A stretch of DNA of 64,000 nt, taken from positions 400,967 through 464,966 of the forward strand of contig NIVC01000952.1 of NCBI GenBank assembly GCA_002269645.1. The letters run 5' to 3'. Numbering within the stretch: the first letter of the stretch is position 1; every line of letters begins with the position of its first letter. This document shows, piece by piece, positions 56,736 to 64,000 of the stretch. A model generated the notes under the pieces. The model did no database searches. It had not been told where the DNA came from and saw nothing but the letters and a program-made list of their open reading frames with translations. This stretch comes from Macrostomum lignano. Lineage: Eukaryota. The position numbers were made by a program, and so were the translations under genes.

Positions 56736-57528
56736 TCGTGTTGCAGAGCTCTCTAGCAATTAACTGGCTTTGAACCCAAAGTTGGAAATCTGATTTAAGC
56801 GCTACGCAAAGAGCAGAACCAACACCCCAGCTCAGGCAATAAAACAGGCCAATTACAAGCAAAAAAGTGAGGCCATGCAGTTCTCTAATGTTCAATCACA
56901 ATTGTGACAAGCTGACCAGCTTCAGCTTACTCAATGGATTCGCGATGCAGCGCGCAGGAGGTCCCACCGCAGCCGGCTGTGATCCGAGGCGAAACGCAAC
57001 GAGAGATCCGACTGAGTTTGCGAGCCGAGTCTGAACTTCACTGGCCCGGAGAAGAAGAGAAGTACCCGGGTTGGGGGGGGGGGGCGGCACAGCCAATTGG
57101 AGACCGACAAAGGGTTTTCGCTTGTCATTTGTTGGGCCCTCCGGGCTAACGTGAATTGAGAGGATTGAGTCTTTTTACTGATATGGGATGTCTTATTTAT
57201 GTCTTCGCTGTAATCATGATAATCAACCCATGATGTCTTTTACTTAACATTCCGCTGTTTTCAATTTTTGGATTCAGTTATTATCTGACACGAAGCTATC
57301 CCCAGTGTAGTGTGAGCATCTTTTGCGATAGCCTTGTATTCTATTAGTTAGGTTTTGCATTATTGTTATTGAATTGTTATTTTGCTTTAGTTTAGTCATA
57401 CGTTTTTGGTGTACTTTTTCCTTGTTAGATAGAATCAATTTTGCGTAAACAGGCTAGAAGTCAGACGCCATCTGTGACTCAGCGGAGGGTTGAGTTTTTG
57501 TCTGCGAACCCCAGCTTTGCGCGGTCAG

Positions 57529-57712
57529 CCAATCAGAACCGGCCTGGACCCTGGCACGCGGCAAGTTCCAATTCTACCCGGCGCCGCGGGCACAGTACAA
57601 TTCGGCTTAAGCAAGCAGCCGGCCAGACGACCACCACCCGGCTTGAGGGGGGTTTTGAGGGGTTGTGACTCTGACTATAAATGAAAGTGTGTTTGGCAGT
57701 CGGATCTCACTT
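57529..57712 (+). promoter_or_regulatory. Pol II promoter-like segment with no assigned gene (possibly LTR-derived)
   Basis: GCCAATCAG at 57528-57536, TATAAA at 57676-57681, CTCACTTT initiator-like motif ~30 nt downstream. Confidence 0.3.
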
Positions 57713-58498
57713 TTTCCCCCTTCTTTTCCCGGTTCTTGGTTTTGTCCAGCTTCCCGGCCGGTGGCCTGTTTCCCTTTGGTTCACGCTTTGAGGCGTTTTG
57801 ATTTCGTCACCCCGGTCCATACTTTGTTCCCGCCCAACCGCTTCAGTCTTGTAGCGTAACGATTCGGCATCCTTGTCTGACGTCGTCGCTATCAAGCGCG
57901 GTTTAGATAGAGACTGTCGGATCTGATCAAGTACGCGGCCTCGATCCCGAGGGCCTCAGTGTCACACTGAAGGGCAGTGCCGATAGAACTTAGTCGGTAC
58001 TCCGTTGAACGGTCGATTCGGCAGGGCTCTCGTTTGAGTGTAGGTTCTGGCTTAGGCCAGGGGTTAGGAGTCTTTCTCCGTGGTCCTGTGTTCGGTGCCT
58101 CCTTCTTCTTCAAGCTGAGATCCGCTTGTCAGTGCGTAATATATTCATTATTATTAATCGTTATTATTCGTTATCATCAGTCTAATTATCTGCGCCGCGA
58201 ATTGCTTGAATCCTGTAGCCTGAATAATCAAATTAAATCGTCTAGCCATTATCAGCTTTATTCATATAGGATTATCACTCTCTAAATCTACATGTATTCG
58301 GTTCGTGTTCACCTGTGTTCCTTCTTTTCTTGTACCGTACTGTGACTATTGGAGAAAAATTGGTAGGACTCGCCGACCGGCGATAGGCAATTAGGGTCAA
58401 TAGCTTTAAAATCTCTGAACGCTCCAAAAAATAGGTTTGTCTAGGGCCTAAGTAATTGCTTATCGTGCATGCAATATATTTATATTGTATTTATCACA

Positions 58499-60900
58499 CC
58501 AGCAACTGAGGATCTGGGAGGCTGGCTCAGCAACTGAGGATCTGGGAGGCTGGCCCGGCAACTGAGGATCTGGGAGGCTGACCCAGCAACTGAGGATCTG
58601 GGAGGCTGGCCCGGCAACTGAGGATCTGGGAGGCTGACCCAGCAACTGAGGATCTGGGAGGCTGGCCCGGCAACTGAGGATCTGGGAGGCTGGCTCAGCA
58701 ACTGAGGATCGGGAGGCTGTAGCAGCAACTGAGGATCTGGGAGGCTGGCCCAGCAACTGAGGATCTGGGAGGCTGGCCCAGCAACTGAGGATCTGGGAGG
58801 CTGGCTCAGCAACTGAGGATCTGGGAGGCTGGCCCAGAAACTGGGGATTGGGAGGCTGTCCAGCAACTGGGGATCTGGGAGGCTGGCTCAGCAACTGAGG
58901 ATCTGGGAGGCTGGCCCAGCAACTGACACTCTGGGAGGCTGGCCCAGCAACTGAGGATCTGGGAGGCTGGTACAGAAACTGAGGATCTGGGAGGGTAGTC
59001 CAACAACAACTGAGGATCTGGGAGGCTGGCCCAGCAACTGTGGATCTGGGAGGCTGGCCCGAGCAACTGAAGATCTGGGAGGCTAGTCCAACAACTGAGG
59101 ATCTGGGAGGCTGGCATAGCAACTGAGGATCTGGGAGACTGGCCCAGAAACTGAGGATCGGGAGGCTGTCCCAGCAACTGGGGATCGGGAGGCTGGCTCA
59201 GCAACTGGGGATTGGGAGGCTGTCCAAGCAACTGGGGATCTGGGAGGCTGGCCTAGCAACTGAGGATCTGGGAGGCTGGCCCAGCAACTGACACTCTGGG
59301 AGGCTGGCCCAGCAACTGAGGATCTGGGAGGCTGGTACAGCAACTGAGGATCTGGGAGGCTGGCCCAGCAACTGACACTCTGGGAGGCTGGCCCAGCAAC
59401 TGACACTCTGGGAGGCTGGCCCAGCAACTGAGGATCTGGGAGGCTGGCCCAGCAACTGAGGATCTGGGAGACTGGCCCAGCAACTGGGGATCTGGGAGGC
59501 TGGCTCAGCAACTGAGGATCTGGGAGACTGGCCCAGAAACTGAGGATCGGGAGGCTGTCCCAGCAACTGGGGATCGGGAGGCTGGCTCAGCAACTGGGGA
59601 TTGGGAGGCTGTCCAAGCAACTGGGGATCTGGGAGGCTGGCCTAGCAACTGAGGATCTGGGAGGCTGGCCCAGCAACTGACACTCTGGGAGGCTGGCCCA
59701 GCAACTGAGGATCTGGGAGGCTGGTACAGCAACTGAGGATCTGGGAGGCTGGCCCAGCAACTGACACTCTGGGAGGCTGGCCCAGCAACTGACACTCTGG
59801 GAGGCTGGCCCAGCAACTGAGGATCTGGGAGGCTGGCCCAGCAACTGAGGATCTGGGAGACTGGCCCAGCAACTGGGGATCTGGGAGGCTGGCCCAGCAA
59901 CGTACTGGGGATCTGGGAGGCTGGCCCAGCAACTGAGGATCTGGGAGGCTGGCCCAGTAACTGAGGATCTGGGAGACTGGCCCAGCAACTGGGGATTGGG
60001 AGGCTGTCCCAGCAACTGGGGATCTGGGAGGCTGGCTCAGCAACTGAGGATCTGGGAGGCTGGCCCAGCAACTGAGGATCTGGGAGGCTGGCCCAGCAAC
60101 TGAGGATCTGGGAGGCTGGCCCAGCCACTGAGGATCTGGGAGGCTGGACCAGCAACTGAGGATCTGGGAGGCTGGCCCAGCAACTGAGGATCTGGGAGGC
60201 TGGCCCAGCAACTGGGGATCTGGGAGGCTGGCCCAGCAACGTACTGGGGATCTGGGAGGCTGGCCCAGCAACGTACTGGGGATCTGGGAGGCTGGCCCAG
60301 CAACGTACTGGGGATCTGGGAGGCTGGCCCAGCAACTCAGGATCTGGGAGGCTGGCTCAGCAACTGGGGATCTGGGAGGCTGGCCCAGCAACGTACTGGG
60401 GATCTGGGAGGCTGGCCCAGCAACTCAGGATCTGGGAGGCTGGCTCAGCAACTGGGGATCTGGGAGGCTGGCCCAGCAACTGACACTCTGGGAGGCTGGC
60501 CCAGCAACTGAGGATCTGGGAGGCTGGCCCAGCAACTGAGGATCTGGGAGACTGGCCCAGCAACTGGGGATCTGGGAGGCTGGCCCAGCAACGTACTGGG
60601 GATCTGGGAGGCTGGCCCAGCAACTGAGGATCTGGGAGGCTGGCTCAGCAACTGAGGATCTGGGAGGCTGGCTCAGCAACTGGGGATCTGGGAGGCTGGC
60701 CCAGCAACTCAGGATCTGGGAGGCTGGCCCAGCAACGTACTGGGGATCTGGGAGGCTGGCCCAGCAACTCAGGATCTGGGAGGCTGGCTCAGCAACTGGG
60801 GATCTGGGAGGCTGGCCCAGCAGCTCAGGATCTGGGAGGCTGGCTCAGCAACTGGGGATCTGGGAGGCTGGCCCAGCAACTGAGGATCTGGGAAGCTGGC
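58499..60900. repeat. 28-bp minisatellite, ~85 copies, with higher-order structure
   Basis: cagcaactgaggatctgggaggctggcc units with diagnostic variants. Confidence 0.97.
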
Positions 60901-60902
60901 AC

Positions 60903-61065
60903 CCAAAAAGAACTGCTTGGCGCATCCAGAAAAGCTCCAAGATTCCTGGACTTGTCCAGTGCAGCCAGGAAGGGCTTGACAACCAGATTCTCTCTCCCCA
61001 TTGCCTGAATGAATTTCAGCACGGTTATCAGAGAATCTTCATCTTGCTGCACAGCAGCGCACGCA
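60903..61065 (-). CDS. Candidate upstream exon of the membrane-protein gene
   Basis: CCATCTTCAG acceptor, open frame ACAAVQQDEDSLITVLKFIQAMGRENLVVKPFLAALDKSRNLGAFLDAPSSSFW, and a phase-0 GT donor compatible with the 55373 exon. Confidence 0.4.
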
Positions 61066-61365
61066 CTGAAGATGGAAAACTGCTAATCTTTTCCGTGCAT
61101 CAGGCAAACTACCGGCCAAGGAACTCGACAAAGCTTGGGACAAGTTCGGACTAATTGGTCTTGACTGATCAGCTTCTGCTGCAAGCAACAAATCCAGCTT
61201 TTCGTTTGGCCTGCTTGTCTGTAGCTACGGGACAAAATGTTGTTTGCCTGTCAATGCTGTCTGACCCTCTGTGTGCCTGTGCGTTGGTTATTGAGCTTCG
61301 GCATGCATTACTTACAGTAATCTCGTCACAGAAACATCTTCTGTCAAGTGATTCTTTTCAAGCCG

Positions 61366-61648
<283 letters not shown>

Positions 61649-61786
61649 TTTGATAATGAATGAACCAGAAAAATCAGTTGGTAATTTCATCAGCTTTGCC
61701 TACTACAGTTTTAAAGCAAGTTAGCTAGGTGAATTGAGGCATTTATTAGTGCAATCTGAGCGGCGAAACTGTCCCCAATCAGTCCG

Positions 61787-63509
61787 TCACTGGCGCAGTC
61801 TGAGGGTGCTGTAGTCGGCATTGAGGGCATCCAGCGGCTCGCTCACTGCCACGGTGTACATCGGCTCGCTGTCGGGAAATTTCAGCGTCTCCAGGACGCC
61901 ACGACAACTCGGCGCGCTGTCGGCCGCGCGAACCGCGAACGGGTACACCGGCGCGAGCTTCTCGCAGCCTATCGTCTCGGGGGCCAACGGGGCTTCCAGC
62001 TGGTGCGAATAGGCGAGGCTCCGGCAGCTGGCCGAGGCCTCTGCGGCGAGGGCCAAAAAGCCCAGCGCGTCCCTGGGCGAGTCCACCCAGCGGCCCATGA
62101 AGGGCCGCTTGTGCGGCGGCAGCGTCAGCTCCAGCGGGTAGAGGCGCACCCCGCTGGTCTCTCCGGCCTGGCTCACCTGCACATGGCCAGCCTGCAGGCT
62201 GTAAAAGGACAGCTCGATGAAGGGCCAGCAGCCGCGCTGGACCCACCGAAAGCAGACAGACTGGCTCCACACTCTCCAGCTGCCTGCCTGAGTCAGGCGC
62301 AGGTCCGCGTGTCTGGTCAAAATTTGAGCAGTCTTTAGATTACATTGTGCAGTGTTCAGGTCTTCCCCAGTGACTCCACTCCACTCACTCTCCAGTGACT
62401 CCACTCACTCTCCAGTGATCCTCCACTCACTCTCCAGTGACTCCACTCACTCTCCAGTGACTCCACTCACTCTCCAGTGAGTCCACTCACTCTCCAGTGA
62501 CTCCACTCACTCTCCAGTGACTCCACTCACTCTCCAGTGACTCCACTCACTCTCCAGTGACTCCACTCACTCTCCAGTGACTCCACTTACTCTCCAGTGA
62601 CTCCACTCACTCTCCAGTGACTCCACTCACTCTACAGTGACTCCACTCACTCTCCAGTGACTCCACTCGCTCCCCAGTGTCTCTCCCTGTGTCTTTTGTC
62701 ATCTTGTCACTCCCAAGTGTCGATTGTCACTCCCGAGTATCTTTTGTCACTCCCGGTGTCTCTTGTCACTCCCCAATGACAAGAGAATTCCACTCACTCC
62801 CCAATGACTCCACTCACTCCCCAGTCTAACCAATTCCCAGTGACTCTTGTCGCTTTCTAGTGTCTCTCTTGTCACCTATTTCTTGTCTCCATTCACTTCT
62901 TGTCACTCGTCAGTGTCTCTTGTCACTTCCCAGTATGTTACATTCCCCAGTCGAGCACGCAATGCGTGTGAAACCAGAGAACACTATCCAGAGTGAGTTC
63001 AATATTTTGACATGCAAAACCGGGCTCCCAGGGCCTTGATCGCAATCCGGAAATTCTTACCCAGCCAGTGCGTCGGCCAGCTTGCCCTGGTCGGCCCCCT
63101 TCATCAGCAGGCTGACGCTGTCGTCCCACGGAACCACACCGTGGTGTCGGTAGGAGCCCAGCAGAGAGTTGCCGTACAGCAGGGCAGGCAGGCCGCGCTG
63201 CTCGCAGAGGTCCAAGAAGGTCCACAGCAGGCGCAGGATGGCCCGCAGCTCAGTTGCGGTGATCTGCGGCCCGAACAAATCGGTGCGGAATGGCGCCCTC
63301 GTGCTGAGCAGCCGGATGTAGAACTCAACGCTTGGCAGCTTCTGCGCTGGCGTTGCATTCAATGCTGCGGCCTTGGGGTACCCGCGACAACTGCCCGGAC
63401 TGCGGAGCCAGAGGAGGCAGATCTTTGCGCTGACTATGCAGAGGGCGGTCAGCAGCACACACCGAGCGATCTTCTTGGGTGTGAAGCGTCGAAGCAAGTA
63501 GGTCAGCAT
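61787..63509 (-). CDS. LicD/fukutin-FKRP family type II membrane protein, 2 exons (63061-63509, 61787-62312), ~324 aa; probably catalytically degenerate
   Basis: TM anchor CVLLTALCIVSAKICLLWL and LicD signature LYGNSLLGSYRHHGVVPWDD. Exon 2 has WPFIELSFY, RPFMG, C.S..YSH.LE and CEKLAPVYPF. Phase-2 GTAAGA/CAG intron and AATAAA on the minus strand at 61747-61742. An alternative ATG lies at 63536. Confidence 0.88.
62365..62680. repeat. 20-bp minisatellite in the LicD intron, followed by decayed tgtcactccc repeats
   Basis: ctccactcactctccagtga units. Confidence 0.95.
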
Positions 63510-64000
63510 TGCAAATCGATCGGGTCCAATCTGCATTCATTTAATAGAATGTGTTTCGAATAGCGTGAGTACTGACGAGTACTATATATTCCCGGTTGGG
63601 AGAGGAATAAAGACCCTGGTGCCCATCTACCATAGACGGGCAAAATTATTTGTTCTTATTATAGTGTATTTATTCTCATCTTGATCGGCTCAATTACCAA
63701 CCGTGATTGATTGACTGACAAAAGCAATACTTACATGTAGTATTGGTTTTTGCATGCTAAGTGAGTCATTTTTCAAGCAATCTGAGACTGAATAGCAAAA
63801 ACAATATTGTCTATGGCCACCCCTCGCTGCAGCCCAGCTTTTTGGGATCGCCTTGCAAGCAAAGTGAGAATTTTTAAAAAGCTAAGTGAGAACCATATTG
63901 AAAACAAAGGCTGGGCTATGGCAAATCAACTGCGTCTAACAAGCAACGAGGATAGAGAGCGCCTGGTCAATGCCGTCGAAGATGGTTACTCATTTTCGAT

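Noticed and set aside
58460-60679. Multiple minus-strand ORFs of 70-276 aa
   Set aside because: Translations of the 28-bp satellite.

Overview
Eukaryotic (animal) genomic DNA with GC/CpG-rich exons and almost every intron filled by its own tandem repeat. The style resembles a free-living flatworm such as Macrostomum, which is an inference only. Seven genes could be reconstructed by hand from splice sites and reading phase. (1) A single-exon GT32/DXD glycosyltransferase (+). (2) A 14-exon, ~768-aa GABA-B-like class C GPCR (-) with two GC-AG introns. (3) An LC8-type dynein light chain (-). (4) An intronless RPL9 (-). (5) A 4-exon Ubc12/UBE2M-like E2 with a long acidic tail (-). (6) A 13-exon, ~4,380-aa coiled-coil plus disordered protein (+) with a ~7.9-kb exon and ~45 RDRSRDRRYDGSQPPSA repeats. 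(7) A LicD/FKRP-family protein (-) whose metal-binding aspartates appear to be lost. There is also the 3' half of a single-pass membrane protein gene (-). An AT-rich, CpG-poor island at 27.1-32.7 kb holds a degenerate CORE-type SINE and hAT-like MITEs. No CRISPR array, rRNA or intact tRNA was found, and most long ORFs in the supplied track are repeat artefacts. The most unusual pattern is that several intronic minisatellites consist, on the sense strand, of splice signals: AG|GT ratchet-like units, duplicated donors, branch-point plus acceptor cassettes, and acceptor arrays.
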